In this document: piece after piece, positions 1-9,256 of the stretch
Layout of the letters: the number at the start of each line of letters is the position of its first letter
Numbering within the stretch: the first letter of the stretch is position 1
NCBI GenBank assembly: GCA_035352895.1
Contig: DAOPYN010000017.1
Location: 1-64,000, forward strand
DNA length: 64,000 nt
Reading direction: 5' to 3'
DNA from: Fibrobacteria bacterium
GTDB taxonomy: Bacteria > Fibrobacterota > Fibrobacteria > UBA5070
Translations under genes and position numbers: made by a program
The notes under the pieces: model-generated
What the model saw: the letters and a program-made list of their open reading frames with translations, nothing else
Told to the model about the DNA's origin: nothing
The model's database searches: none

Positions 1-30
1 CTGAAAGCTGCCCGTCTAAAGACGGGGGTT

Positions 31-192
31 TCAACCTAGGACAGGAACAATGAACCCCGTGGAGGCCACGCCCAGGCGCTTGAGCAGCTCGCGCTGCAGG
101 AAGGCTTCGTCGCCACGCCGACGATGCCAGGCCAACACATCGCGCAGATAGAGTCGGAAATCCGTATAATCGTGGAGTTCAGGTCGCACCAT
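31..192 (-). pseudogene. Short ORF (54-74 aa before a stop) whose N-terminus resembles the Fibrobacter paralogous family TIGR02147. Possibly truncated or frameshifted at the window edge.
   Basis: Motif HDYTDFRLYLRDVLAWHRRRG...FLQRELLKRLG resembles the YTDYRRFLQDYY...FSWREFAKLAGF start of TIGR02147 proteins, which are about 270 aa. Here a stop follows after about 54 aa. Confidence 0.3.
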
Positions 193-303
193 GGGTGGTG
201 AGGAATCTAGGCTCACGCACCGATTGACGCAACCGACTCCCGCGAGGAATCCCACAAATTCCTCCGCAAGCGGAGTACAGTCGGACGTCGCGACCGATCG
301 GCG

Positions 304-909
304 TCAATGCCCCGCGGGAGCCCCGGGCAATCCCGCCAGGAAACCCGCAAGCATCTCCTTGCCTTCCAGCCATTCGCCCAGCCCCGCGGCATCGCCCAGG
401 TGGTGGCGTCTGCCGACATCCACGAACCGGGAACCGAACACCTCGGCCCAGTGCGCCAGGACGGGTGAGGCGATGTAGGGATCATCCTGGCTTCCCACCA
501 TGAGGCTGGGAAACGGAAGTTTCTTCCGCGGCAGCGGGCTGAACCCCTTGATCTCGGGAGGGAACCCCGTCCGTTCCACGTCGGGCATGGCCACCAAAAA
601 CGCACCTACCACGCTTCCCAATGCGCCTTGGGCGGCGGCGTGGGCGATGGTGGCCACTCCCAGGCTGTGCCCCACCAGGACCACGGGCCGCGTCTGTCGC
701 GAAACCACCTCGCAAAGGCGGTCCACCCAGGTCTGCAGGACTGGAAACCCCCAGCTGGCCTGCACCACCCGCACGATGGAGGGATGGTCGGCTTCCCAAA
801 GACTCTGCCAATGCGATGGGCTGGAGCCTCCCCAACCCGGCACATTCACCAACGTCCACGGTCCCTCGTCGATGTTCATCAATTCCATCCACTCCCGTTC
901 TTTGGCCAA
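304..909 (-). CDS. Alpha/beta-fold serine hydrolase (YdeN/RBBP9-like esterase)
   Basis: GHSLG nucleophile-elbow motif; about 200 aa, single domain; compact hydrolase fold pattern. Confidence 0.7.
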   Translation of the reverse strand: MAKEREWMELMNIDEGPWTLVNVPGWGGSSPSHWQSLWEADHPSIVRVVQASWGFPVLQTWVDRLCEVVSRQTRPVVLVGHSLGVATIAHAAAQGALGSVVGAFLVAMPDVERTGFPPEIKGFSPLPRKKLPFPSLMVGSQDDPYIASPVLAHWAEVFGSRFVDVGRRHHLGDAAGLGEWLEGKEMLAGFLAGLPGAPAGH

Positions 910-951
910 CGGCCTTTGGTTCCCACAGACGTTCGTGGCTGAAAACTAGGT

Positions 952-2229
952 TTGCCCGCGACTTCCATGAATTCACTCCAAGCCCTCCGATCCGGACGCC
1001 TATCGGGCGCGACCCATGTGCGCCTGTGCGAAGGCCTGGAGACCTTCCCTCCGGAGCTCCTGGACCTCGCGCCCACGTTGCGGATCCTGGATCTTTCGGG
1101 AAACCGCCTGTCCCACCTCCCCTTGGACCTCCCGCGGCTGGAAAACCTGGAGATCCTGTTCTGTTCGGGGAATCGTTTCGAACACCTGCCGGAGGTCCTT
1201 GGGGACTGCCTCAACCTGGAAATGGTGGGATTCAAATCCAACCGGATCCGCACGGTGGACCCCACCTCGCTGCCCAAGCGCCTGCGGTGGCTCATCCTCA
1301 CCGACAACCAGGTGGACTCGCTCCCGGAAACACTGGGCGATCGGCCCCGGCTCCAGAAGTTGATGCTGGCGGGGAACCGCCTCTGCTCGCTCCCCGAATC
1401 CCTCCGCGACCATGGTGCGCTGGAACTTCTGCGGATCGCGGCCAACCGGCTGGACCACATCCCGGATTGGTTGTTTTCCCTTCCGAAACTCGCCTGGCTG
1501 GCCACCTCGGGCAATCCCGGATCGTTCCGCGGAAAATCTTCCACCCAACCGCCCATCCCCTGGAACGCCGTGTCCGTGGGCGACCTGCTGGGCCAGGGAG
1601 CCTCGGGGGAAACCTTCCGCGCCACCTGGGAGCATCGCCCGATCGCCCTGAAGCTGTTCAAGGGAGCCACAACCTCCGACGGCACTCCGGACGACGAGAT
1701 GGAGACGTGCCTCGCGGCCGGGACCCATCCGCATCTGCCGGGGGTTCTGGGACGGATCGAGGGCCATCCGGAAGGACGACACGGCTTGGCGATGGAGCTG
1801 TTGCCGGAGGGATCCACCGTGTTGGGAAATCCTCCGGACTTCCGCTCCTGCACCCGCGACACCTATCCCGCCCACCTGCGGTTTTCGCCGGAGGAGATCC
1901 GGCAAGTCGCCTCCGCGGTGGCCTTGGCCTGCGCCCACCTGGCCGCCAAGGGGATCTCCCATGGCGACCTCTACGCGCACAACATCCTGGTGTCGGGGGC
2001 CCGGACCTACCTGACGGATTTTGGCGCCGCCAACCGGTGGGATGCAACCGACTCCCTCGAGCGCGCTCGCTGGTACGCCCTGGAGGCCCGCGCTTTCGGG
2101 TGTCTGCTGGACGATCTCGCGGAGCGGTGCGGAGGAGCACCACCGGACTCGCTGCGACAGCTTCGCGACGCGTGTCTGGATCCGCATCCGGGGCATCGTC
2201 CCCGGGTGGAGGACTGGCGGATCGAATGA
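952..2229 (+). CDS. Leucine-rich-repeat protein fused to a eukaryotic-like Ser/Thr protein kinase domain
   Basis: N-terminal LRRs (LDLSGNRLSHLP, FCSGNRFEHLP, LTDNQVDSLP, LAGNRLCSLP, IAANRLDHIP). Kinase Gly-loop GQGASGETF with downstream VAIK-like IALK, catalytic HGDLYAHNIL, and DFG (TDFGAA). Confidence 0.75.
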   Translation: MPATSMNSLQALRSGRLSGATHVRLCEGLETFPPELLDLAPTLRILDLSGNRLSHLPLDLPRLENLEILFCSGNRFEHLPEVLGDCLNLEMVGFKSNRIRTVDPTSLPKRLRWLILTDNQVDSLPETLGDRPRLQKLMLAGNRLCSLPESLRDHGALELLRIAANRLDHIPDWLFSLPKLAWLATSGNPGSFRGKSSTQPPIPWNAVSVGDLLGQGASGETFRATWEHRPIALKLFKGATTSDGTPDDEMETCLAAGTHPHLPGVLGRIEGHPEGRHGLAMELLPEGSTVLGNPPDFRSCTRDTYPAHLRFSPEEIRQVASAVALACAHLAAKGISHGDLYAHNILVSGARTYLTDFGAANRWDATDSLERARWYALEARAFGCLLDDLAERCGGAPPDSLRQLRDACLDPHPGHRPRVEDWRIE

Positions 2230-2303
2230 ACCACCCCGCAGCAAGCCCGAAGTGATCGACACTGGACCATCCGGTCCATTGGACTGTATTTTGGTCCGCA
2301 CCG

Positions 2304-2993
2304 ATGAAAACCCGTTCCAGATCCCTCGCGGGATTGATTCTCCTCCTGGTCCCCCACGCCTGGAGCCAGGCTGCCGGCCATTCCGTTTCCCGTCCGGATG
2401 CTCCGACGGCCGATTCCTCCGCGACCGCGAACGCCCCTTCGCGTTCCTCTCCGGCGACGTTCGACGATCCGGTGCTCGACTCCCTTCGCGACGCGGAATC
2501 CAAGCGTCGACAGGAACTGCGGGAAGCGCTGGGCCTGGACTCTTCCGGGGCGCCCGCCCCACAAAGCAATTCCACCAAAGGCCACTGGCGCGCGGGCCTG
2601 CACGCCAGCGCCCACGATGTCGGACTGCTTCTGGGGGCCTCGGTGCGAACCTCGCCCCTCTCCCTGGGATTCGACGGCTGGGTGAGGCCGGGGGTCTTCA
2701 CCAAGGAAGTGAGGACCACTCCCACCCGGCGGGCCCAATACAAGGAAGTGCTTTGGGGATTCGTCCCCTGGGTGCAGGCGGAGATCGGATCCGAATTCCG
2801 TCTGGCACTGGTCGCCTCGCTGGACATGACCATGGGAACCTGGTACGGAACCAACAAGTCCCCTGATTCGGACATCCAACCCGCCTTGGGAGTCAAACTC
2901 CTGTTTCCCCAATATTTCCAGTTCGGCCTGCGTGGAACGATCGGCGAGGGCTTGCTGGGACGCGTTCGAGGAGAAGCCGTATGCGAATTCTGA
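2304..2993 (+). CDS. Secreted hypothetical protein (signal peptide)
   Basis: N-terminus MKTRSRSLAGLILLLVPHAWSQAAG is signal-peptide-like; coding GC3 bias. Confidence 0.45.
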   Translation: MKTRSRSLAGLILLLVPHAWSQAAGHSVSRPDAPTADSSATANAPSRSSPATFDDPVLDSLRDAESKRRQELREALGLDSSGAPAPQSNSTKGHWRAGLHASAHDVGLLLGASVRTSPLSLGFDGWVRPGVFTKEVRTTPTRRAQYKEVLWGFVPWVQAEIGSEFRLALVASLDMTMGTWYGTNKSPDSDIQPALGVKLLFPQYFQFGLRGTIGEGLLGRVRGEAVCEF

Positions 2994-3409
2994 CCCCTCC
3001 CACGCTGGGAGCCCTGCTTGCCGCCGTGGGGCTGTCTGCTTGCCAGAGCGAGGAATGCAAGAACAAACTGTGCGGAACGGAACCCTCGCGCCCCAAGGAT
3101 CCGTTGACGGTCTCCATCCAGGTTTCCTCGACCTACAACTGGGACAGCATCTTCGTGGAGCTCCACTCCGGCGACGAGGTGGAATCCGGAAGGCTGCTGC
3201 AGAGTTGGACCCTGAAGGAGGGACTCACGCCCCTCTCGGTGCAGGTGGGCGATGGAAAATACAGCGCCAAGGCCACGTACATGCGCACGGGCGACACACT
3301 GGAGGTCTTCGATTCTGACAATGCGTCCTGGGACTCGAACACCGACGAATGCGATTGCGTCACCGGCTGGACCCGCAACAACGGGAAACTGGACCTGAGC
3401 GGGTACTGA
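2981..3409 (+). CDS. Hypothetical lipoprotein
   Basis: Lipobox LAAVGLSAC followed by Q; overlaps the upstream gene stop by a few nt. Confidence 0.45.
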   Translation: MRILTPPTLGALLAAVGLSACQSEECKNKLCGTEPSRPKDPLTVSIQVSSTYNWDSIFVELHSGDEVESGRLLQSWTLKEGLTPLSVQVGDGKYSAKATYMRTGDTLEVFDSDNASWDSNTDECDCVTGWTRNNGKLDLSGY

Positions 3410-3484
3410 GGGCAGCCTCCTCCAGATGACGGTCGGATCCTGTCACCTCCTCGTGAACTTTCCGTCGCCGCCCGCCTCTCCCGA

Positions 3485-4915
3485 TCAGGGAAGGCCGATC
3501 GAGGCGACTTCCTGGTCGACGCCCTGCTTCACCCGCAGGATGGAGATTCCCTTGGGAGATTGGGGGACCTCGAAGACGTTGAGTCCCGCCGTGGCCTGGA
3601 TGGTGCCGGACCACAGCGTGCGTCCGCGCAGGTCGGTCAGGGCGATCGTGGCCGGCCCGGCGGAAGCGGCGGTGTAGGTGCCGCTCACCGCGCCCTCCCT
3701 GGCATGGACCACCAACCTTCCGGAAACAGTCGAAGGACGTTCGTCCACCCCCGACACTCCCCACCCCGATTTCATGGCGTCCATCAGGGACTGGTCGTAC
3801 ACCTTGGCGTTGCCGCGGTCGATGATGGTGAAGTTCATGTCGCCGGTGTAGTAGGTGTCCCAGGCGAAAGGAATCACGCCATGGGCGCGTGCGGACTTGG
3901 CCACGTACTTGTAGTAGGCGACGCGCCCCTTCTTGTGGAGATCCAGGTTCGCACCGGACAACGTGGTACGCAAACCGGCTCCCCATTCCCCGATGATCGC
4001 GGGAATCCCCTTGTCGACGAACTTGCGCTTCAGGACGTTGAACTGGGAATCGACGAATACCTCCTCGCCCCAGGTGGGGTTGTGGGCGGCATCCGTGGTG
4101 GAATGGTTGCCCTGGCCCCAGTAGAAGAACTGGTTGCCCCACGACTCGTCCTTGGTCATGAGGGTGTACTGGTACGGATAGAAGTGCGCCTCGAACATGA
4201 GGCGCCCCGCCACCTTGTCGGTGGGATAGACGCTGTAGTTCGTGCGGATCAATTCGATGTCCGTGCGTGGGCCCTGGAAGATCAGCGTGCGCGTGGCGTT
4301 GTTGCCGCCGGTGGCGCGCACCGCGTCGATCATGGTCTGGTGGTAGGAATTGAGCACGCCCACGCGGTCGGCCCCGAAAGCGGTCCCGTAGGCGTCCTGC
4401 ACCGCCGGCTCGTTGGCGCTGGCGAACAGGAGGTGGTGGTCGTAGTCCTTGAAGTAGTTGGCGATCTGGGTCCAGTAGGCCTTCTGCTTCACGTTGACCG
4501 ACGCCTGCGACCCCACATCGATGTGTTCCTCCAGCCAGCCCTTGTCCCAGTGGCTGTTGAGCACCACGTACAGGCCGTCCTTGATGCAGTAGTCCACCAC
4601 CGTCTTCACTTCCTGGAGCCAGGCCTCGCTGATCACGTTGTTGCTGGCATGGGTGTCCCAACCGCAGGGGATGCGGATGGAGCGGAACCCAGCGGCCTTG
4701 GCGGCGTCGATCATCGCCTGGGTGGGGACGTGGTTGGACCAGTAGGGCTTGCCTCCGGGAGTCTCCATGGTGTTCCCGATGTTCCATCCCAATCCCATGT
4801 CGGCGGCGATGGTGGCGGCGGTGGGAAGGTCGGCGGCCTGCGAAAGGCCCACCAGCGCTCCCACCAAGGCGGCCAGGCGTGTCCCCCTGAAGTGGCGGAA
4901 ATCCATCGAATCCAT
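3485..4915 (-). CDS. Glycoside hydrolase family 5 endoglucanase/mannanase-type enzyme with Arg-rich C-terminal domain
   Basis: Signal-peptide-like N-terminus; GH5 catalytic acid/base ASANEP and nucleophile IIGEWG; C-terminal ~75 aa basic domain shared with other CAZymes here. Confidence 0.85.
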   Translation of the reverse strand: MDSMDFRHFRGTRLAALVGALVGLSQAADLPTAATIAADMGLGWNIGNTMETPGGKPYWSNHVPTQAMIDAAKAAGFRSIRIPCGWDTHASNNVISEAWLQEVKTVVDYCIKDGLYVVLNSHWDKGWLEEHIDVGSQASVNVKQKAYWTQIANYFKDYDHHLLFASANEPAVQDAYGTAFGADRVGVLNSYHQTMIDAVRATGGNNATRTLIFQGPRTDIELIRTNYSVYPTDKVAGRLMFEAHFYPYQYTLMTKDESWGNQFFYWGQGNHSTTDAAHNPTWGEEVFVDSQFNVLKRKFVDKGIPAIIGEWGAGLRTTLSGANLDLHKKGRVAYYKYVAKSARAHGVIPFAWDTYYTGDMNFTIIDRGNAKVYDQSLMDAMKSGWGVSGVDERPSTVSGRLVVHAREGAVSGTYTAASAGPATIALTDLRGRTLWSGTIQATAGLNVFEVPQSPKGISILRVKQGVDQEVASIGLP

Positions 4916-5261
4916 CGTGTGCTCCTTGCGATCCAGAACCGACCATCACCCCGGAAGAATTCCCTCTTCCGCCCCACCCCCCAAAAAGGTCCCTGGAGTG
5001 GTGCTGGTAAGATGGGTCTTGAGCCCCCAAAGCGCAGGCCGAAGGTTTTCCCACGCCCCCCCCTCAGCTTCCCTTGCTCTACCTGGCGCGGACAATCCCC
5101 CTTCGCCCGCTCGCAGGCCGCACCAGCAATGGCTTCACGGGCATCGCCTCCTCCGTACGCCGTCGCCTTGGCACACATTCCATCCGGGGCAATGTTTTCT
5201 TCCATGATTTTTGCCCTCCCCCTGAAATCGGACGTGGCCCGACATGGAGAGATGCCTCGGT

Positions 5262-6149
5262 TCACTGGATCCGCGGGTCGTCCGTGTCCAGGATGAATTG
5301 CCAGGAGGCCGTGTAGGGGTGCAGCCAACCTTCCTCTTGCAGCACCCAGAACAGGCCTTCCTCGACGGCAAGCCGAGGGTTTCCCACCAGCACCACCCGG
5401 CAGGAGGCGGGGTATTCCACCCGGACCTCCACCGAGACGTGCAATCGCCGGTGCCTTTCGCCGGCCAGCGTCCGGATGCGCACCTGCGCAGGGTTGAGGG
5501 CCAGCGCCCAGCGCGCCTCGGGTTTGCCGATCGCGTATTCGGAAAGCGGCCAGGCCACCTTTCCCTCCCAATTCCTGTCCACGGAGTCGGGAGTCGCCGG
5601 CTTGCGCTTGCGGAAGTCGCCCACCAGGGCGCGGATCCGTTGGGAACCCAGCGGGAATTCCGAATCGAAGCGGCGCACCCCTTCCTCTGGCGCAGCCAGG
5701 GTCATGAGCAAGGTTTCCCGGGACACTTCCGGATAGAGCGGGAGCGCGGCCGCCCCCATGGCGAGGTTCAGGCCGTAAATTCCCAGCTTGTCCTGGAAGG
5801 TGAACTGCGCAAGCTTCCCTTTGGTCCGGGGAAGCGCGGCCAACCGCTGGATCTTGCCATTCACCTCTTCCACGAGGTATCCGGAAGCTGCCACCATCCC
5901 CACCACCCAGACCACCCCAAGCACCCCTCGCATCGCCCACACCCGGGGGCTAGCCGCCCCCGTGGGCCACACCACCACCAACGCGAAAACAGCGAAGGAC
6001 GCCCCGGACAGGCACCCGAACACCAGAAGCCAAACCGCGAGGAAGAAACAGACCAAGCTCAGGACAGACAGGAGAAGGCCCAGAGCCAGCCGGATCAGCT
6101 TTGTGGGCCCCCATTTCCAAGGGCTTGGCATCGGCAGGTACTCGTTCAT
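5262..6149 (-). CDS. Hypothetical membrane protein (2 N-terminal TM helices, soluble C-terminal domain)
   Basis: Hydrophobic segments LIRLALGLLLSVLSLVCFFLAVWLLVFGCL and AVFALVVVWP; start taken at MNEYLP to abut the upstream gene. Confidence 0.4.
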   Translation of the reverse strand: MNEYLPMPSPWKWGPTKLIRLALGLLLSVLSLVCFFLAVWLLVFGCLSGASFAVFALVVVWPTGAASPRVWAMRGVLGVVWVVGMVAASGYLVEEVNGKIQRLAALPRTKGKLAQFTFQDKLGIYGLNLAMGAAALPLYPEVSRETLLMTLAAPEEGVRRFDSEFPLGSQRIRALVGDFRKRKPATPDSVDRNWEGKVAWPLSEYAIGKPEARWALALNPAQVRIRTLAGERHRRLHVSVEVRVEYPASCRVVLVGNPRLAVEEGLFWVLQEEGWLHPYTASWQFILDTDDPRIQ

Positions 6150-6631
6150 CTGCCCCCCTCGGACCGGACCCGGAGTCCTCCGATATTGCCGAGCGAATCC
6201 GGGATGGCGACGTCGACAAACAGGACGCCTTCGCAACATCCACCGCCGCCCGGCGAGTGGACGACATCGAAAGAGGCCAGGAGGGTATCCGACCTCATCA
6301 GCTCCGCGCTCTGGATGCGCTCATCCGTAGGAACGAAATACCTCCTGGCGAGGCCGGTACCAACGCCCGTGTCCACCGCAAGGATCTCCTTCCCCGCGAC
6401 CGAACGAAGGACCAAGCCTCCAAACAGGCCGGAATCTCCCGCTTGTGAAACCGAAACCGAGATCTCGTTCGGTTTTGAAACACAGGAACAGGCATACTCC
6501 GGTGGAATCTCCGGCTCCTTCCGGAAGCAGCCCACCAAGTTGATCACCGCCGCATGGAGAAGGCACCAACGAAAAAGCCTCGATCCGAATCGACGCTCCC
6601 GGTTCCCTCGATCGCGATCCGCATCGTGCAT
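6146..6631 (-). CDS. Hypothetical lipoprotein
   Basis: Lipobox-like INLVGCF; GC3 bias; immediately upstream of and co-directional with the 5262-6149 gene. Confidence 0.35.
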   Translation of the reverse strand: MHDADRDRGNRERRFGSRLFRWCLLHAAVINLVGCFRKEPEIPPEYACSCVSKPNEISVSVSQAGDSGLFGGLVLRSVAGKEILAVDTGVGTGLARRYFVPTDERIQSAELMRSDTLLASFDVVHSPGGGGCCEGVLFVDVAIPDSLGNIGGLRVRSEGGR

Positions 6632-6845
6632 CCCCGGTCCCTCCTAGACAACGAATGGAGCCACGCACGAACCTGGTGTCAACAATCCAGGTCGTTTCCG
6701 TGACGGGGGACACACCTCATCATCGGCGAGCCGCCGCCGCTGCCACCGCCCCTGTTCATTGCGATGTAGGGGCGATTCGTGAATCGCCCCTACATCGCCC
6801 ATCGGGCAACGGCAGCCATTCCCACCGACCCATCCTGCCCACCAA

Positions 6846-6930
6846 ACCCACCCGACCAGCGAAGCGATGTCGGGGAACCGGCAATCAAATGCAGCCCGCC
6901 CGACCAGCGAAACGGCGTCGGCAAACCGGC
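6846..6930. repeat. Imperfect tandem direct repeat, ~42 bp x2, in the intergenic region
   Basis: cccgaccagcgaagcgatgtcggggaaccggcaatcaaatgc / cccgaccagcgaaacggcgtcggcaaaccggcaatcaaatgc. Confidence 0.6.
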
Positions 6931-7188
6931 AATCAAATGCCGCTGAAGGGCGATGGGGTCCAGGGGGCGAGGTTCATCGCAGGCCGTGGGCCAGTCCCCT
7001 CCGGCAATGAGCCGGAGGGGGTGAACACCCGCATCGCAGCGAAGCTGCGACCAGCCCCACGGCCGGAGAGTCCGAGCCCCCTGGTGGCGGTTCCCCAAGG
7101 GGCGCCAGTGCCCCTTGGGCCGCGGGACACGGGGCGCGGCCACCCCGTGCAAAGCCGGACACGCAGTGTCAAAGCCCGTGCAGCGAGC

Positions 7189-7226
7189 AAAAGAAAAGGC
7201 CCCCGACCATCAGGTCGAAGGCCCCG
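7189..7226 (-). terminator. Rho-independent terminator of thrS
   Basis: Minus strand reads GGCCUUCGACC-UGAU-GGUCGGGGGCC (stem with two U-G wobbles) followed by UUUUCUUUUG, about 25 nt after the thrS stop. Confidence 0.5.
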
Positions 7227-7252
7227 CGCAGCGGAAAACCCCGCAACAGACG

Positions 7253-9163
7253 TCAGCGCTTGGCGGCAACCTCAGCGGCGACGAACTCGACGAACTCGGC
7301 GACCGACTTGGCCCCCAGATCCCCCACTCCCCGCTGGCGGACGGAAACCGTCCCGGAAGCGGCCTCCTTTTCGCCCACCACCAGGATGAACGGCAGGCGC
7401 TGGCCTTCCGCCTCGCGGATCTTGTAGCCGAGCTTCTGGTTCTGCTCGTCCACGGTCACGCGGATCCCGGCCTTGCGCAGCTGGGAGGCGGTGGCGCGGG
7501 CGGCGTCCAGGTACTTCTCGGAGACCGGCAGGATGGTGGCCTGCACGGGCGCGAGCCAGGCGGGGAAGGCGCCCGCGTAGTTCTCGATGAGGATGCCGAT
7601 GAACCGCTCGAGCGATCCCAGGATGGCGCGGTGCAGCATGATGGGCGTGTGGCGCGCGCCGTCCTCGCCCACGTACTGGGCCCCCAGCCGCTCGGGCAGG
7701 TTGGGGTCCACCTGGATGGTGCCGCACTGCCAGTGGCGACCCAGGCAGTCCTTGAGGGTGAATTCCAACTTGGGTCCGTAGAAGGCGCCTTCGCCGGGGT
7801 TCAGGATGGTATCCAGGCCCGCGAACTGGCAGGCGTCGGCCAGCGCCTTCTCCACGCGATCCCACGATTCGTCCGTTCCCACGCGCTTTTCGGGACGGGT
7901 GGAGAACTTCACGATCACTTCGTGGAATCCGAAGTCGGCGTACATCTCCTTCAGCAGCTTGCAGAAGTCCGCCACTTCCTGTCCGATCTGTTCCGGAGTG
8001 CAGAAGATGTGGGCGTCGTCCTGCACGAAGGCCCGCACGCGCATGATGCCGTGGAGGGTGCCGGAGGGTTCGTTGCGCACGCACGATCCGAACTCGGCCA
8101 TGCGGAGCGGCAGCTCGCGGTAGCTGCGCAGCCCCTGGTTGAAGATCTGGATGTGGCCCGGGCAGTTCATGGGCTTGATCGCGTAGATGCGCTTTTCGGA
8201 TTCCGTCACGAACATGTTGTCCTGGTACTTGTCCCAGTGTCCGGACTTCTCCCACAGCGTCTTGGAGGCCACGCTGGGGGTGTTCACCTCCACGTAGCCG
8301 GCATCCTGGATCTTCTCGCGCACGTAGTTCTGCAGGGTGCGGTAGAGCGCCCAGCCCTGCGGATGCCAGAACACCATGCCGGGCATGTCGTCCTGCAGGT
8401 GGAACAGCTCCAGCTTGCGGCCGATCACCCGGTGGTCGCGCTTCTTGGCCTCTTCCAGGGCCGTCACGTGGGCCTCCAGGGCCTTCTTGTCGTGGAAGGC
8501 GGTGGCGTAGATGCGCTGCAGCATGGCCCGCTTCTCGTCGCCGCGCCAGTAAGCGCCGGCCACGGAAAGGAGCTTCACGTACTTCAGGAATCCCGTGTGC
8601 GGCACGTGGGGGCCGCGGCAGAGATCGAAGAAGTCTCCCTGGGTGTAGTAGCTGACGGTGGAATCCGTCCACTCCTGCATCATCTCCACCTTGTAGGGCT
8701 CGGCCTGCTCGCCCCAGCGGGAGATGGCCTCCAGGCGGTCGATGTCGTGACGATCGATCGACAATTTCCGACCGGCAAGGTCGGACATCTTCGATTCGAT
8801 GGCCGCGAAGTCGTCGGGCGTGAACTTGTGGGGCGAATCGATGTCGTAGTAGAAGCCGTTCTCGATGACCGGCCCGATGGCGAGCTTGGTGCCGGGGAAG
8901 AGCTCCACGATGGCCTGGGCCATGAGGTGGGCGCTGGAGTGGCGCACGATCTCCAGGGATTCGGCGTCCTTGGAGGTCAGGATGCGGAACGCCCCCGACC
9001 CGGGAAGGGCCCGCTTGAGGTCCCACTGCTTTCCGTCGACCACCACGGCCACGGCGGCTTCGGCCAGCCGGGGGGAGATGGACATCGCGATGTCCAGGCC
9101 GGTAGTGCCCGCGGTCACCTGCTTTTCCGATCCGTCGGGCAGTGTGAGCTTGAGCGTATCCAT
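7253..9163 (-). CDS. thrS: Threonyl-tRNA synthetase
   Basis: Full-length class II aaRS with TGS/editing N-terminus (start MDTLKLTLPDG), HxxxH editing motif, class II motifs, C-terminal anticodon-binding domain. The ORF extends to 9220 with alternative upstream Met codons. Confidence 0.95.
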   Translation of the reverse strand: MDTLKLTLPDGSEKQVTAGTTGLDIAMSISPRLAEAAVAVVVDGKQWDLKRALPGSGAFRILTSKDAESLEIVRHSSAHLMAQAIVELFPGTKLAIGPVIENGFYYDIDSPHKFTPDDFAAIESKMSDLAGRKLSIDRHDIDRLEAISRWGEQAEPYKVEMMQEWTDSTVSYYTQGDFFDLCRGPHVPHTGFLKYVKLLSVAGAYWRGDEKRAMLQRIYATAFHDKKALEAHVTALEEAKKRDHRVIGRKLELFHLQDDMPGMVFWHPQGWALYRTLQNYVREKIQDAGYVEVNTPSVASKTLWEKSGHWDKYQDNMFVTESEKRIYAIKPMNCPGHIQIFNQGLRSYRELPLRMAEFGSCVRNEPSGTLHGIMRVRAFVQDDAHIFCTPEQIGQEVADFCKLLKEMYADFGFHEVIVKFSTRPEKRVGTDESWDRVEKALADACQFAGLDTILNPGEGAFYGPKLEFTLKDCLGRHWQCGTIQVDPNLPERLGAQYVGEDGARHTPIMLHRAILGSLERFIGILIENYAGAFPAWLAPVQATILPVSEKYLDAARATASQLRKAGIRVTVDEQNQKLGYKIREAEGQRLPFILVVGEKEAASGTVSVRQRGVGDLGAKSVAEFVEFVAAEVAAKR

Positions 9164-9256
9164 GGCCAGTTCTCCGTGTTGTATGTTGGATCGACCCTCC
9201 GCGATCTTCGCGGAGGACAAGGAACGAAAACTAGAAAGAGCCGGGCGGGAATCCCT

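Noticed and set aside
621-2255. Long ORFs on non-coding frames or strands (e.g. 621-2255, 3360-5054, 3560-5296, 7115-10411, 7272-9026, 14305-16077, 19740-21311, 22549-24798, 26754-29570, 29147-30868, 42224-43896, 54840-57239, 55210-57252)
   Set aside because: Their Pro/Arg/Gly-rich, low-complexity translations are typical of GC-rich DNA read in the wrong frame. Each overlaps a gene with clear family motifs on another frame.
2270-2303. Single CTGTAT plus GGTCC-like sequence upstream of the 2304 secreted-protein gene, resembling the regulator-associated TGTATC repeat
   Set aside because: Only one half-site and no 9-bp partner, so it is likely a chance match.
9163-9220. Upstream in-frame Met extending ThrRS by 19 aa
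   Set aside because: The ThrRS family N-terminus aligns from MDTLKLTLPDG, so the extension is probably untranslated.
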